64,000 nt of DNA from an uncultured Candidatus Saccharibacteria bacterium (GCA_964610055.1 CAZSUC010000002.1:18283-82282), one strand, 5' to 3'; shown: positions 10,017 through 20,551, counted from the stretch's first letter. Notes: generated by a model not told the origin, from the letters alone. Numbers and translations are program-made.

Positions 10017-10036
10017 CATTGACCGATTGGTCAATG
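10017..10036. promoter_or_regulatory. palindromic operator candidate CATTGACC-GATT-GGTCAATG
   Basis: perfect 8-bp inverted arms with 4-bp spacer in the divergent tetR / adaptor-RND intergenic region. Confidence 0.5.
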
Positions 10037-10047
10037 TTGGTTAGTAT
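10019..10047 (+). promoter_or_regulatory. sigma70-like promoter for tetR (TTGACC-N17-TAGTAT)
   Basis: -35/-10 hexamers with 17-nt spacer, -35 embedded in the palindrome; strong SD AAGGAGG upstream of ATG 10080. Confidence 0.4.
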
Positions 10048-10079
10048 GGTGCTATGTGGGATAAATTGTCAAGGAGGAT

Positions 10080-10700
10080 ATGCCAAAAACGAGGGAACAA
10101 AATTTAGCACGACGACGGGAGACCCGGGAAAAGATTCTGGTGGCAGCTTTAGATATGTTTGCTAAGCGGGGGTATCACGGGGCTTCGATTTGTATGATTG
10201 CGCGACGAGCTCGAGTTTCGAAGGGGTTAATTTATAGCTATTTTTTGAGTAAGCAAAAGATTGTGGCGGTTTTAGTTGAACGGCACAAGAAAAGAATAGA
10301 GAAGATTTTAGATATCAGTGCTGATTTGGAGCCAAAAATGCAATTAGAGCGGTTACTGGATGAATTTTGTACAATTGTGGTGCAAAATCGGCAAATGTAT
10401 CGTTTTATATTTTCTCTATTACTGCAACCAGATGTTGAAAGGTTTTTAAGTCGGCAACGTGATATGGGCGAACGATTGTCGAAAGACTTGATTCCTCGGT
10501 TACAAGCAATTGTACGAAAGGCGGGCGGAGAAATGAATCAGCATACGTTGGAACACTTGCGGGTGATGGCATACGGAGAGATTTTTGAGTATTTATGGCG
10601 AGACGATGAAGACGCATTTCGCAAATCAACACGTAATATGTTAGGAGTCATTTTGCAAAATAATATGCATGTAACAAAAAGAGTATGTGGCAAGGAATAA
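10080..10700 (+). CDS. TetR/AcrR-family transcriptional regulator
   Basis: N-terminal HTH (ILVAALDMFAKRGYHGASICMIARRARVSKGLIYSYF) typical of TetR; divergent from efflux operon. Confidence 0.85.
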   Translation: MPKTREQNLARRRETREKILVAALDMFAKRGYHGASICMIARRARVSKGLIYSYFLSKQKIVAVLVERHKKRIEKILDISADLEPKMQLERLLDEFCTIVVQNRQMYRFIFSLLLQPDVERFLSRQRDMGERLSKDLIPRLQAIVRKAGGEMNQHTLEHLRVMAYGEIFEYLWRDDEDAFRKSTRNMLGVILQNNMHVTKRVCGKE

Positions 10701-12142
10701 TAAATAAAGTGTGGCTTGAGTATCGTTCGTATGTGATAGCGAGCGTTTTGTTGATAATGATGGGAATAGGATTAGCGTATCCTACGATTAAAACACTGCG
10801 AACAGTTGAGTTTGCTCCGGAAAACCAAGGTGTTTTCGTTGAGCCGATGCAGCCATTAACGAGTAAGATAGCAGTGCCAGCAGGAGAGATTGATTATGTG
10901 ATGATATGGGTGCATGACGAATTTAATCAGCAAAAATTACAAAAAGAAGATTATCGGACTTTACAGTTAGAAGTAGTTAATGTAGCAGACGAGACAATAC
11001 GGACAGCAGTAAAACCACGTTTAATAAAAAGAGGTGACCAACCAGCGCTTTTGTTTAAGCTTTCTAAGATTAAAAATGAAGAAAAACAAAATTATAGTTT
11101 TGTAATTTATCAAAGAGGTGAAGGAGTCGTAGGAGTGCAGGATCCGTTAGGTTTACAATTAAAAACAGATGAGACAGCGGAAATGGCGTTAGAGGTGGGT
11201 GAAAAAAAGAATTGGTTAACTTTGTTGATAGATAAAGTATATACGGAAGATTTAGTTGGGCATGACATCTCTTTTTATTTGCGGCGAGGTAATCAGATTG
11301 TGCAGGGGGAAAATCCGTATGCGTGCGTGCAGGAAAACTCATGCATTGGGTATCCAGCGCATTTGCCAGGAATGTATTGGTTTGCGGCGGGGTGGGCGGC
11401 TTTAGGGTTTGACGATTTAAGTGAGTGGGCAATGATTTGGCGACCGATGATGTTGGCAGCTTGGCTGGGTGTTGGAGTTGTTTTATTAGGGTATAGCTTA
11501 CGACGAGGACAGCCAGGGCTGGGGGTGGCAGCAATGGGATTGTGGCTGTTTAACCGGTGGTCTTTAGATGTTTTGCGGGTCGCACATACTGATTTTGTGG
11601 GAGTTTTGTTTTTAATATTAGCGATTATATGCGCAGAACAATGGCCAATATGGGCAGCGGTATTATTGGCTTTATCTTTATCAGTTAAACAATTAGCCGT
11701 CTTAATAGTGCCGATATTTTTGATAGCGATGTGGCGACATTATGGTCTAAGTTGGAAGAAGTTAGCGTTGGTGATAACTATGATCATTGTTATACCGGGC
11801 GCGATAACGCTACCTTTTTTAATTGATAATCCAACGGCGACAATACAAGGACTTATGAACGTGGTTGAGAGGCCAGCTCAATCAGTGCGTGGTTTTGCGC
11901 CTTCGTTTGATGAATGGTTGGACGTAACTGATTGGGGGAAGTTATTGCCAATGCTTGGTCTAACCGGTATGGTATATGTGGCCGTGTGGCGGAAAGAAGT
12001 TGATCTGATACAAGGAACGGTAATGGTTATGGCGATTATGATGGCTTTCACCTCGGTTTTGTATAATCAGTATTTTGTGTGGTTTATCCCGTTTATTCCG
12101 TTGGCATTGGCAAGGTATCGAGAACAGCGACAAAAGACGTAA
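10685..12142 (+). CDS. polytopic integral membrane protein (possible GT-C / DUF2029-like glycosyltransferase)
   Basis: 485 aa, N-terminal TM plus extracytoplasmic segment followed by ~9 TM helices; no sharp motif. Confidence 0.4.
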   Translation: MWQGIINKVWLEYRSYVIASVLLIMMGIGLAYPTIKTLRTVEFAPENQGVFVEPMQPLTSKIAVPAGEIDYVMIWVHDEFNQQKLQKEDYRTLQLEVVNVADETIRTAVKPRLIKRGDQPALLFKLSKIKNEEKQNYSFVIYQRGEGVVGVQDPLGLQLKTDETAEMALEVGEKKNWLTLLIDKVYTEDLVGHDISFYLRRGNQIVQGENPYACVQENSCIGYPAHLPGMYWFAAGWAALGFDDLSEWAMIWRPMMLAAWLGVGVVLLGYSLRRGQPGLGVAAMGLWLFNRWSLDVLRVAHTDFVGVLFLILAIICAEQWPIWAAVLLALSLSVKQLAVLIVPIFLIAMWRHYGLSWKKLALVITMIIVIPGAITLPFLIDNPTATIQGLMNVVERPAQSVRGFAPSFDEWLDVTDWGKLLPMLGLTGMVYVAVWRKEVDLIQGTVMVMAIMMAFTSVLYNQYFVWFIPFIPLALARYREQRQKT

Positions 12143-12146
12143 TAAT

Positions 12147-12935
12147 ATGATAAAAGTTCATGAATTAACCCGTAAGTTTGATGATTTGACCGCGGTGGAC
12201 GGAATTTCTTTTGATGTTAAAGAAGGTGAGATTTTTGCTTTTTTGGGGCCGAATGGAGCGGGCAAGTCAACAACAATTAAGATGTTAACAACGTTATTGA
12301 GGCCGACGAGTGGCACGATTCGTATTAATGGATATGATCCAGTTGCAAATCCAGATGAAACGCGGCGGTCATTTGGGATTGTATTTCAAGATCCAAGTTT
12401 GGATGAAGAGCTAACGGCGTGGGAAAACATGGAATTTCATGGTGTGCTTTATGGTTTGCCTAAAATAGCACGCCGGGAACGGATTGAGCAGTTAATGAAA
12501 TTAGTAGAATTATGGGATCGAAAAGATGATTTAGTGAAAGAGTTTTCTGGTGGTATGAAAAGAAGGTTAGAAATTGCGCGTGGTTTGTTGCATCATCCAA
12601 AAGTTATTTTTTTGGATGAGCCGACTATTGGTTTGGATCCCCAAACGCGTAATCACATGTGGAGTTATTTGAAAGATTTAAATAAGCGAGAAAAAACAAC
12701 GGTGTTTTTCTCGACTCATTATATGGAAGAAGCGGACAAGCTAGCCCAACGGATCGCAGTGATTGATCATGGTAAGATTGTGGCGCGGGGAACACCGGCA
12801 GAAGTACGTAAACAAGGAGGAGCTGAAACTTTAGAAGAAGCGTTCATTAATTTAACCGGGCATGAAATTAGGACAGAGGAAGCGAGCAAGAAAGATCAAA
12901 TGCGCGCGCACCGGAAAATGCACGGAGGGAGGTAG
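12147..12935 (+). CDS. ABC transporter ATP-binding protein (ABC-2 type)
   Basis: Walker A GPNGAGKST, signature SGGMKRR, Walker B IFLDEPT; start moved to ATG 12147 directly after previous stop. Confidence 0.85.
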   Translation: MIKVHELTRKFDDLTAVDGISFDVKEGEIFAFLGPNGAGKSTTIKMLTTLLRPTSGTIRINGYDPVANPDETRRSFGIVFQDPSLDEELTAWENMEFHGVLYGLPKIARRERIEQLMKLVELWDRKDDLVKEFSGGMKRRLEIARGLLHHPKVIFLDEPTIGLDPQTRNHMWSYLKDLNKREKTTVFFSTHYMEEADKLAQRIAVIDHGKIVARGTPAEVRKQGGAETLEEAFINLTGHEIRTEEASKKDQMRAHRKMHGGR

Positions 12936-12938
12936 GAT

Positions 12939-13691
12939 ATGCGTTGGTCAGTAGTTTACATTTTGTGGTTGCGCCAGTTAAAGCGCTATGTTCGTTCGCG
13001 AGCACGAATGATAGGTTCGTTGGGTCAGCCGTTGTTGTTTTTAGTGGCGCTGGGGTTTGGTTTTGGTCCGATTTATCAGCAGGCAGGCGAAGGCAACTAT
13101 ATTCAGTTTTTGGCGCCGGGAGTGATTGCTATGAGTATTTTGTTTACAGCAATGTTTACTGGGATAGAAGTGATTTGGGACCGACAGTTTGGGTTTTTAA
13201 AGGAAACATTGGCTGCACCAGTGTCTCGATTTGAGATTATGGTGGGGCGAACCTTGGGCGGAGCGACTGTGGCCGTGCTACAAGGCATAATCGTGTTGGC
13301 AATGACGTTTTTAGTTGGGTTTAGAATAGCTAATTTTGGTTGGCTATCTATTGGTTTGGTTTTTATGGTGTTAATCGGATTGTTTTTTACGGGTTTAGGA
13401 ACAGCAATTGCTTCGAAGCTAGAGGATATGCAGGGTTTTCAATTGATTATGAATTTTTTGATTATGCCAATATTCTTTTTGTCAGGAGCTTTATTTCCGT
13501 TAACTGGTTTACCGCGAGTGATGGAGATAATTACCCGAGTTAATCCTTTGGCGTATGGGGTGGACGGAATGCGAGGGGCTTTAAGCGGACAGGCTCATTT
13601 TGGTATGGGATTAGACTTGCTGGTATTAGGTGTGGTGACAATAGTGGTTTTATGGATAGGAAGTCGGCTGTTTGCTCGGATTGAACCGTAG
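12939..13691 (+). CDS. ABC-2 type transporter permease
   Basis: 250 aa, 6 TM helices, follows ATPase gene. Confidence 0.75.
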   Translation: MRWSVVYILWLRQLKRYVRSRARMIGSLGQPLLFLVALGFGFGPIYQQAGEGNYIQFLAPGVIAMSILFTAMFTGIEVIWDRQFGFLKETLAAPVSRFEIMVGRTLGGATVAVLQGIIVLAMTFLVGFRIANFGWLSIGLVFMVLIGLFFTGLGTAIASKLEDMQGFQLIMNFLIMPIFFLSGALFPLTGLPRVMEIITRVNPLAYGVDGMRGALSGQAHFGMGLDLLVLGVVTIVVLWIGSRLFARIEP

Positions 13692-13705
13692 GATAAAATA
13701 ATAAC

Positions 13706-14302
13706 ATGCTTGAGTTAACCGACTTGTTGCAGTGGGGGCATGGTTCAATATGGGAGTATGTTGTGATTTTTATTTTAGCTTTTGGTGAGTCGTTGGCGTT
13801 TATTGGTTTGATTATCCCGGGGAGCGTGGCAGTGATAGCAGGAGGTTTTTTGGCTGCTCAAGGATGGATGCACGTCACTGACTTATGGTTGTGGGCAACG
13901 GTTGGCGCGATTTTAGGTGATAACTTTAGCTTTTATTTGGGGCAGAAAGGCTGGATTAAGTTTAGTGATAAAAATTGGTTATTTAAGAAATCGTTATTGG
14001 TGCAAGGAAAAAAATATTTTAGAAAGCATGGGGCAAAGAGTGTGTTTATTGGACGATTTATTGGATGGGTGCGGCCAATTGTGCCGTTTGTGGCCGGAGT
14101 ATTCTCATTACCACAAAGAAAGTTTATTTGGTGGAATGTAGCTAGCGCAGCCTTGTGGGCAGCTTCACATATCATAGTAGGTTATTTTTTTGGCAATGCC
14201 TGGAAAGGAATATCGATGTGGTCAACAACGATTAGTATTTTAATAGTAATTGTCGGATTAGGAGTGGCAGGATATCATGGAGTGCGATCGTTGTCGCGTT
14301 GA
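13706..14302 (+). CDS. DedA/VTT-family membrane protein
   Basis: IIPGSVAVIAGGFLAAQG and LGDNFSFYLGQKG motifs typical of DedA. Confidence 0.7.
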   Translation: MLELTDLLQWGHGSIWEYVVIFILAFGESLAFIGLIIPGSVAVIAGGFLAAQGWMHVTDLWLWATVGAILGDNFSFYLGQKGWIKFSDKNWLFKKSLLVQGKKYFRKHGAKSVFIGRFIGWVRPIVPFVAGVFSLPQRKFIWWNVASAALWAASHIIVGYFFGNAWKGISMWSTTISILIVIVGLGVAGYHGVRSLSR

Positions 14303-14327
14303 AATAATTAAGATGTAAAATAAAATT

Positions 14328-15608
14328 ATGGCGAAAATTAAATGGGTAAAGGGAAGGCAAATTTTAGATTCGCGGGGTAATCCAACAGTGGAAGCGGATG
14401 TTGTGTTGGAGTCAGGAGAATTAGGGCGAGCAGCAGTGCCATCGGGAGCATCAACTGGTTCACATGAAGCAATTGAGTTACGCGATCAAGACCCGAAAGT
14501 CTATCAGGGTATGGGGGTGATGCGAGCAGTAGGGTATGTGAATAGTGAAATTGCCAATCAACTTGTGGGACATGAGGCGGGTGATCAAAAAGGAGTAGAC
14601 GAATGTTTGGTTAAGTTAGACGGAACGGATAATAAAAGTAGATTAGGAGCAAATGCAATTTTAGCGGTTTCTTTGGCATGTGCGAAGGCGGAGGCGTTGG
14701 CCGAACAGAAACCGCTATATCGTTATGTGTATGAATTGACAGGCCAGGAGCGACCGTTGATGCTGCCGGTGCCGTTAATGAATATTGTGAATGGTGGTAA
14801 GCATGCGGCTGGTTCGACTGATATTCAAGAGTTTATGATTTTGCCTTTAAGTGGGCAGAGTTTTGCAGAGCGAGTGCGTTTAGGGGCAGAAGTGTTTCAT
14901 GCCTTGAAAGCAGAATTAGGAAAAGCGGGGTATCGAACGACAGTCGGGGATGAAGGTGGATTTGCGCCAACGGTAAAATCGGGTAACCAAGAGGCGCTAG
15001 AGCTCATTAAACAGGCGGTGCAACAAGCAGGGTATGAACTAGGACGAGATATTAGTTTTGGATTAGATGTTGCAGCGACAGAATTATATGAAGAAGGGCG
15101 ATATAGTTTAGCGACGGAAAACAAAAGTCTAACGACAAAGGACATGATTGAGTGGCTAGAAGAATTAAGACAGAAATATCCGATTATTTCGATCGAAGAT
15201 GGATTGGCTGAAGATGATTGGGGTGGATGGACACAAATGAATCAAATAATGGGACAAGAAATCCAGCTCGTGGGAGATGACCTGTTGGTAACAAATACTA
15301 AATTTTTAGAACGAGCGATAAAAGAAAAAGCGGCAAATGCAATTTTAATTAAGCCGAATCAAATCGGAACATTAACAGAGACAATTGCGGCAGTAGCATT
15401 AGCTCATCAACATAATTGGCGGGCAATTATTTCACATCGTTCCGGAGAAACGGAAGACACAACGATTGCTCATTTAGTGGTTGGGTTAGGTACTGGTCAG
15501 ATTAAAACTGGGTCGATGAGTCGGACTGATCGCGTTGCTAAATATAATGAGTTAATTAGAATTGAAGAAGAATTAGGGGCGGAAGCCCAGTTGGCATCTT
15601 GGAATTGA
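14328..15608 (+). CDS. eno: enolase (phosphopyruvate hydratase)
   Basis: N-terminus ILDSRGNPTVEADV and SGASTGSHEA are canonical enolase signatures; 426 aa. Confidence 0.95.
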   Translation: MAKIKWVKGRQILDSRGNPTVEADVVLESGELGRAAVPSGASTGSHEAIELRDQDPKVYQGMGVMRAVGYVNSEIANQLVGHEAGDQKGVDECLVKLDGTDNKSRLGANAILAVSLACAKAEALAEQKPLYRYVYELTGQERPLMLPVPLMNIVNGGKHAAGSTDIQEFMILPLSGQSFAERVRLGAEVFHALKAELGKAGYRTTVGDEGGFAPTVKSGNQEALELIKQAVQQAGYELGRDISFGLDVAATELYEEGRYSLATENKSLTTKDMIEWLEELRQKYPIISIEDGLAEDDWGGWTQMNQIMGQEIQLVGDDLLVTNTKFLERAIKEKAANAILIKPNQIGTLTETIAAVALAHQHNWRAIISHRSGETEDTTIAHLVVGLGTGQIKTGSMSRTDRVAKYNELIRIEEELGAEAQLASWN

Positions 15609-15636
15609 ACTTAATCAATAATTATTTGATGTTCAT

Positions 15637-15798
15637 ATGGATAAAGTAAAAGTTGAGAACCATGGTTTTACAGCCTTTTCCTGGTTTGCAGGGTGGTTGT
15701 TTACAATTGGTTTTTTGCAGCTAACTTTTTGGAAAGGTGTGTTAGCGGTTGTTGTGTGGCCGTATTTTATCGGAGTTTTTATTCGAGGATTGATTTAG
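15637..15798 (+). CDS. hypothetical small membrane protein (53 aa)
   Basis: ATG-initiated ORF below track cutoff; two hydrophobic helices; convergent with typA with 4-nt overlap. Confidence 0.3.
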   Translation: MDKVKVENHGFTAFSWFAGWLFTIGFLQLTFWKGVLAVVVWPYFIGVFIRGLI

Positions 15799-17588
15799 TG
15801 CTTACGGTCGTGTTTTTTGAGGTGTAATTTGCGTAGGCGTAAATTTTGAGGCGTGACTTCTAAGAGTTCGTCGTCGCCTAAGTACTCAATAGCTTCTTCT
15901 AAAGACAGTGTTTTGTGAGCATGTAGGGTAACAGAAACTCCTTCACCAGCAGAGCGCATGTTAGTTAGCTTTTTCTCTTTACAAATATTCACATCAATAT
16001 CCTCAATACGAGAATTCTGGCCAATAATCATACCCTCATAAACTTTTACTCCAGGGGCAATGAAAAGCTGACCGCGATCTTGAGCTTGAACAAGTCCGTA
16101 ATGAGTACTGGTTCCAGATTCATGAGCAATTAGAGAGCCGCGATGATCAAGAGGTGAGTCGCCGACATAAGGTAAATAGCCGTGGAAGATTGTGTTAATA
16201 ATGCCTTTGCCACGAGTATCGGTGAGAAAATCGGTTCGGTAGCCGATGAGGTAACGAGTAGGAACTAGAAAATGAAGATGAGTGGTGCCGTTTTCAAGAC
16301 GCATGTCTTTCATTTCGCCTTTACGTTTGCCCATTTGTTCGATAACTGTGCCGGAATGTTGGTCAGGGCATTCAATATAGACGTCTTCAAATGGTTCGGT
16401 AGTTTGACCGTTTTCAGTTTTAAGAACTACTTGAGGTTTACCGACTTGAAGCTCGTAACCTTCGCGGCGCATTTTTTCGATTAAAATGGAGAGATGAAGT
16501 TCACCTCGACCGTAAACAGTGAAGGAAGAATCGGAATTAGCCGATGATTCTATTTTAAGAGCGACGTCATTAAGGATTTCTCTTTCTAGACGATTTTTAA
16601 GATGACGAGCAGTTGAAAATTCGCCCTCAGTTCCGGCAAAAGGAGATGTGTTAACAGAGAAAGTCATTTTAACGGTTGGTTCATCGACGGAAATAGCAGG
16701 TAGGGCGTGAGGCTGGTCAAAGTCGGCAATAGTTTCACCGATTTTGACAGTTTCTAATCCGGCAATAGCAACGATGTCGCCAGCAGAGACGGAATCAACT
16801 TCAGTTGGTGCAAGGCCTTGGAAAGTCATGACAGCCATCGCTTTGGCTGGGATTTGAGTGCCGTCAGTTTGAATGCGCATGACGCGTTGATTTTTGCGAA
16901 TAACCCCACTAAGTAAGGGGCCAACAGCGGTTTGTCCTTTATAGGCGTCGTAAGTAACGTTAACGACGAGCATTTGCATAGGGGTGTCTAGTATTGTTGG
17001 GGCTGGAATGTGAGTAATGATGGCGTCAAAAACTGGTTTAATGTCAGTCATTTGGCTAAGGTCGGGAGTCGTACCAGCTTTACCTTGAATGGCGGATGCG
17101 TAAAGAACGGGAAAGTCGACTTGTTCGTCGGTGGCACCAAGATCAATAAATAAACTGAAAGTTTGATCTAAAACCCATTGAACACGGGCTTCAGGAACAT
17201 CGATTTTGTTGATTACAACAATAACACGGTGGCCGGCGTCGAGAGCTTTTTTGAGGACGAATTTAGTTTGCGGCATGGGTCCGTCTTTGGCATCTACAAG
17301 CAGGAGAGCGCCGTTAGCCATACTCATAATACGTTCTACTTCGCCGCCAAAATCAGCGTGTCCCGGGGTATCAATAATATTGATTTTATGGCCCTGATAT
17401 TGGACTGAAGCGTTCTTGGAAAAAATAGTGATGCCGCGTTGTCGCTCTAACTCGTTGGAATCCATAATCAAATTAGTATCATCTGACTTGGTGCGGAACG
17501 ATTCAGATTGACGTAACAAAGCATCGACCAAGGTGGTTTTGCCGTGGTCAACATGAGCGATAATAGCAACGTTGCGAATAGGTAACAT
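15795..17588 (-). CDS. typA: translational GTPase TypA/BipA
   Basis: N-terminus IRNVAIIAHVDHGKTTLVDALLRQS, ~597 aa, EF-G-like domain order without LepA C-terminus. Confidence 0.9.
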   Translation of the reverse strand: MLPIRNVAIIAHVDHGKTTLVDALLRQSESFRTKSDDTNLIMDSNELERQRGITIFSKNASVQYQGHKINIIDTPGHADFGGEVERIMSMANGALLLVDAKDGPMPQTKFVLKKALDAGHRVIVVINKIDVPEARVQWVLDQTFSLFIDLGATDEQVDFPVLYASAIQGKAGTTPDLSQMTDIKPVFDAIITHIPAPTILDTPMQMLVVNVTYDAYKGQTAVGPLLSGVIRKNQRVMRIQTDGTQIPAKAMAVMTFQGLAPTEVDSVSAGDIVAIAGLETVKIGETIADFDQPHALPAISVDEPTVKMTFSVNTSPFAGTEGEFSTARHLKNRLEREILNDVALKIESSANSDSSFTVYGRGELHLSILIEKMRREGYELQVGKPQVVLKTENGQTTEPFEDVYIECPDQHSGTVIEQMGKRKGEMKDMRLENGTTHLHFLVPTRYLIGYRTDFLTDTRGKGIINTIFHGYLPYVGDSPLDHRGSLIAHESGTSTHYGLVQAQDRGQLFIAPGVKVYEGMIIGQNSRIEDIDVNICKEKKLTNMRSAGEGVSVTLHAHKTLSLEEAIEYLGDDELLEVTPQNLRLRKLHLKKHDRKH

Positions 17589-17620
17589 AGAATTGGATAA
17601 TTATGGCCTAAACTGTAATT

Positions 17621-17649
17621 TTGTCAATTCATAATAAGAATGGAATAAT
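17621..17649 (+). promoter_or_regulatory. candidate promoter TTGTCA-N17-AATAAT
   Basis: hexamers with 17-nt spacing, 6 nt upstream of ATG 17656 (would give a near-leaderless mRNA). Confidence 0.3.
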
Positions 17650-17655
17650 AAAATC

Positions 17656-18822
17656 ATGCGCAATATGAGAATGTGGGTGAGTGGATTGATGGGGATATTA
17701 TTTTTTTTGATACCGATAGTAGCCGGGGCGCAAATAATGGAAGATGATCAGAATGATGTTATAGAGCTACCAGAGACAGAATTGATTGATCCGGCTTTGA
17801 CAACGATCGGGGGAACAGAAAAATATTATCGGGGTGTAGTAGTGCGGGTTTTAGAGGAAAGAGAAGAAGATTTAGGGTTAGCGAATAATAGGTCGCATTT
17901 GCAGAAAGTATTAGTTCAAATTCAAGAGGGAGATCGAGAAGGAGAAGAGGTTACGGTGGAGTATGGAAGTTTATCGGAGGCGCAAAAATTATCAGAAGGA
18001 ATGCGAGTGATTGTTGTTGATCCGGCTAATGTTGAAGTGTTTATTTTCGATCGTTATCGTTTGCCGATGATTGGTTGGATTGCGGCGTTATGCGCGATTT
18101 TGGTTGTCATTTTTGTAGGAAGAAAAGGATTAGGAGCAATGCTGGGATTAGTGATTAGTATTGTCGTGCTGTTAACTTATGTAGTGCCGAGAATTATTGC
18201 GGGAGCAAATCCTTTTGGAGTAAGTGTTATGGCGGCTTTAATAATTTCAGTGGTGTCGATTTATTTTGCGCATGGATTTAATCGAAGGACGAGTGTCGCG
18301 ATTTTGAGTACATTAGTGACGGTGGTGTTGGCGATGGGATTAGCACAGTTATTTGTGCAGTGGGCGCGTTTAACGGGAGCAGGAAGCGAAGAAGCGTTTT
18401 TCTTGCAAACTTCGGCAGCGTCTTTTGTAAACTTACGTGGATTGTTGTTAGGTGGAATTATTATTGGTGTTTTGGGGATTTTGGATGATATTACGACAGC
18501 GCAGGCAGCAGCAGTAGATGAAATTTGGCAAACCGATCCAACGATAGCGAGGCGAGAATTATATCGACGAGGAGCATCAGTCGGACGAGAACACATTACA
18601 TCATTAATTAATACTTTAGCTTTAGCCTATGCAGGGGCTTCTTTTCCTGCGTTATTGCTATTTACAATATATGAACGGCCATGGTGGGTAGTTGCAAACA
18701 CAGAAAATATTGCTGAGGAAATTATTCGAACATTGGTTGGAAGCATAGCTTTGATGGCAGCTGTGCCAATTACAACTTTGTTAGCAGTGTATTTGATTCC
18801 TAAAAGAAGAAGGCAAGCATGA
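17656..18822 (+). CDS. YibE/F-like polytopic membrane protein
   Basis: signal/TM, ~110-aa extracytoplasmic domain, then ~7 TM helices; architecture fits YibE/F family. Confidence 0.5.
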   Translation: MRNMRMWVSGLMGILFFLIPIVAGAQIMEDDQNDVIELPETELIDPALTTIGGTEKYYRGVVVRVLEEREEDLGLANNRSHLQKVLVQIQEGDREGEEVTVEYGSLSEAQKLSEGMRVIVVDPANVEVFIFDRYRLPMIGWIAALCAILVVIFVGRKGLGAMLGLVISIVVLLTYVVPRIIAGANPFGVSVMAALIISVVSIYFAHGFNRRTSVAILSTLVTVVLAMGLAQLFVQWARLTGAGSEEAFFLQTSAASFVNLRGLLLGGIIIGVLGILDDITTAQAAAVDEIWQTDPTIARRELYRRGASVGREHITSLINTLALAYAGASFPALLLFTIYERPWWVVANTENIAEEIIRTLVGSIALMAAVPITTLLAVYLIPKRRRQA

Positions 18823-19478
18823 TTAATTTGAAAAAATCAGTACCATATCGGGATTATTTGTTGTTAGATATGAATATCGTAGTGCGCTCTTTGGTATTAT
18901 CAGATGTCGTGTGGATGTCAGCGATCGGAATGTTAGGGCCAGTGTTTGCTCTGTTTATTGAGGATTATATTGAAGGAGGTAATGCAGCGACTGCAGGCAC
19001 AGCGGCGGCGATATATTTGATTGCGAAGAGTGTGTTTCAGATTCCAGTGGCGGGGTGGATTGATCGGATTCGAGGAGAAAAAGATGACTTTTGGTTGATG
19101 TGGGGTGGATCAATTATTGCGGCTTTAGTACCAATTCTGTACCTATTTATTCATACGGCTGCCCAGCTATATGTGATTCAGTTTTTTTATGGTGTAGCAG
19201 TTGCGCTGACATTTCCGCCATATATGGCGATCTTTACGCGGCATGTTGATCGGCATAAAGAAGGAACGGAATGGGGGGTATATTATACTTTGAGTGATTT
19301 AGTAGGAGCGGCGACGGCAACAATTGGTGGCGTGGTAGCGGTGACAATAGGGTTTAAGCAATTAATATTTGGTGTGGTGGCGGCTAGTATTATTGGGGTC
19401 ATGTTGTTATGGCCGATTCAATATCATTTGCGACAGATACCGAAAAATAAGCGGAGTAAACAGCGGCGGCGCAAGTAG
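18819..19478 (+). CDS. hypothetical 6-TM membrane protein
   Basis: 219 aa, six hydrophobic helices, basic C-terminal tail; start overlaps previous stop. Confidence 0.4.
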   Translation: MINLKKSVPYRDYLLLDMNIVVRSLVLSDVVWMSAIGMLGPVFALFIEDYIEGGNAATAGTAAAIYLIAKSVFQIPVAGWIDRIRGEKDDFWLMWGGSIIAALVPILYLFIHTAAQLYVIQFFYGVAVALTFPPYMAIFTRHVDRHKEGTEWGVYYTLSDLVGAATATIGGVVAVTIGFKQLIFGVVAASIIGVMLLWPIQYHLRQIPKNKRSKQRRRK

Positions 19479-19490
19479 GCGAATTTCAAG

Positions 19491-20549
19491 ATGGATAAAT
19501 TTAACTATCAATATGATTTACCGGAAAACCTGATTGCTAAACATCCGATGTTGCCACGTGACGCGGCTCGATTATTGATGTATGACACGGCAACGGATGT
19601 GGTTAAGGAGGATATTTTTGCTAATTTAGATATTTATTTGCCGGAAGGTGTTTTATTGGTCATGAATGATACGAAAGTGGTGCCAGCAAGAATTGATCTG
19701 TTTAAAGTAACTGGAGGGCGAGTAGAAGCTTTGTTTTTAGTTAATGAATGGAACGGAGCAGGATCAATACCGACTTTGTTAAGTCGTGGGGTGAATACGG
19801 GAGCTAGACTCCAATTAGCTGGAGGCAAAAGTTTTAAGGTGGTATCTCAGAGCGGTAAAATATTTGAGTTGCAGCCAGAGTTTGAAGCGCATGAAATATG
19901 GGAAATTTTAGATAATGACGGCAAGATGCCAATTCCAAAATATATTAAGGGGTCAACTTTGTCGGAAAGTGAATTGAGACAAGAATATCAAAGTGTGTTC
20001 GGAAAACAAGTTGCTTCGGTTGCAGCACCGACGGCTTCTTTGCACTTTACGTCTGAAGTATTGCGTAGGTGCGAAAAACGAAACATACAAATTGCGTTTA
20101 TAACATTGCATGTTGGATTAGGCACGTTTGCACCTCTAACAGCGCAAAATTTAAGAACTAATAAATTGCATCGAGAGCGTTTTCAAATTAGGAGTACGGT
20201 GGCTCAAAGCATTAAACAGTATAAAGATGCTAATAAGCCGGTTGTGGCGGTAGGGACAACTGTAACACGGGCGCTGGAAGCGGCGGCAAGTGAGATACTG
20301 GATTCGAGAAAAAGTAATAACGCTGATTTGGTTGGAATGACAGATATATTTATTCGACCGTCGTATCAGTTCAAAATAGTAGATGCATTAATTACAAATT
20401 TTCATTTACCAGCAAGTTCATTAATGATGATGGTGCAAGCGTTGTTGGCACAAAAGCGAGCGCAACGTAGTTTGGTTGAATTATATGAACTGGCAGTTAA
20501 CAAACAGTATAGATTTTATTCTTTTGGTGACGGAATGCTGATTAAGTAG
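19491..20549 (+). CDS. queA: S-adenosylmethionine:tRNA ribosyltransferase-isomerase
   Basis: N-terminus FNYQYDLPENLIAKHP...RDAARLL matches QueA; ~352 aa. Confidence 0.85.
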   Translation: MDKFNYQYDLPENLIAKHPMLPRDAARLLMYDTATDVVKEDIFANLDIYLPEGVLLVMNDTKVVPARIDLFKVTGGRVEALFLVNEWNGAGSIPTLLSRGVNTGARLQLAGGKSFKVVSQSGKIFELQPEFEAHEIWEILDNDGKMPIPKYIKGSTLSESELRQEYQSVFGKQVASVAAPTASLHFTSEVLRRCEKRNIQIAFITLHVGLGTFAPLTAQNLRTNKLHRERFQIRSTVAQSIKQYKDANKPVVAVGTTVTRALEAAASEILDSRKSNNADLVGMTDIFIRPSYQFKIVDALITNFHLPASSLMMMVQALLAQKRAQRSLVELYELAVNKQYRFYSFGDGMLIK

Positions 20550-20551
20550 AG

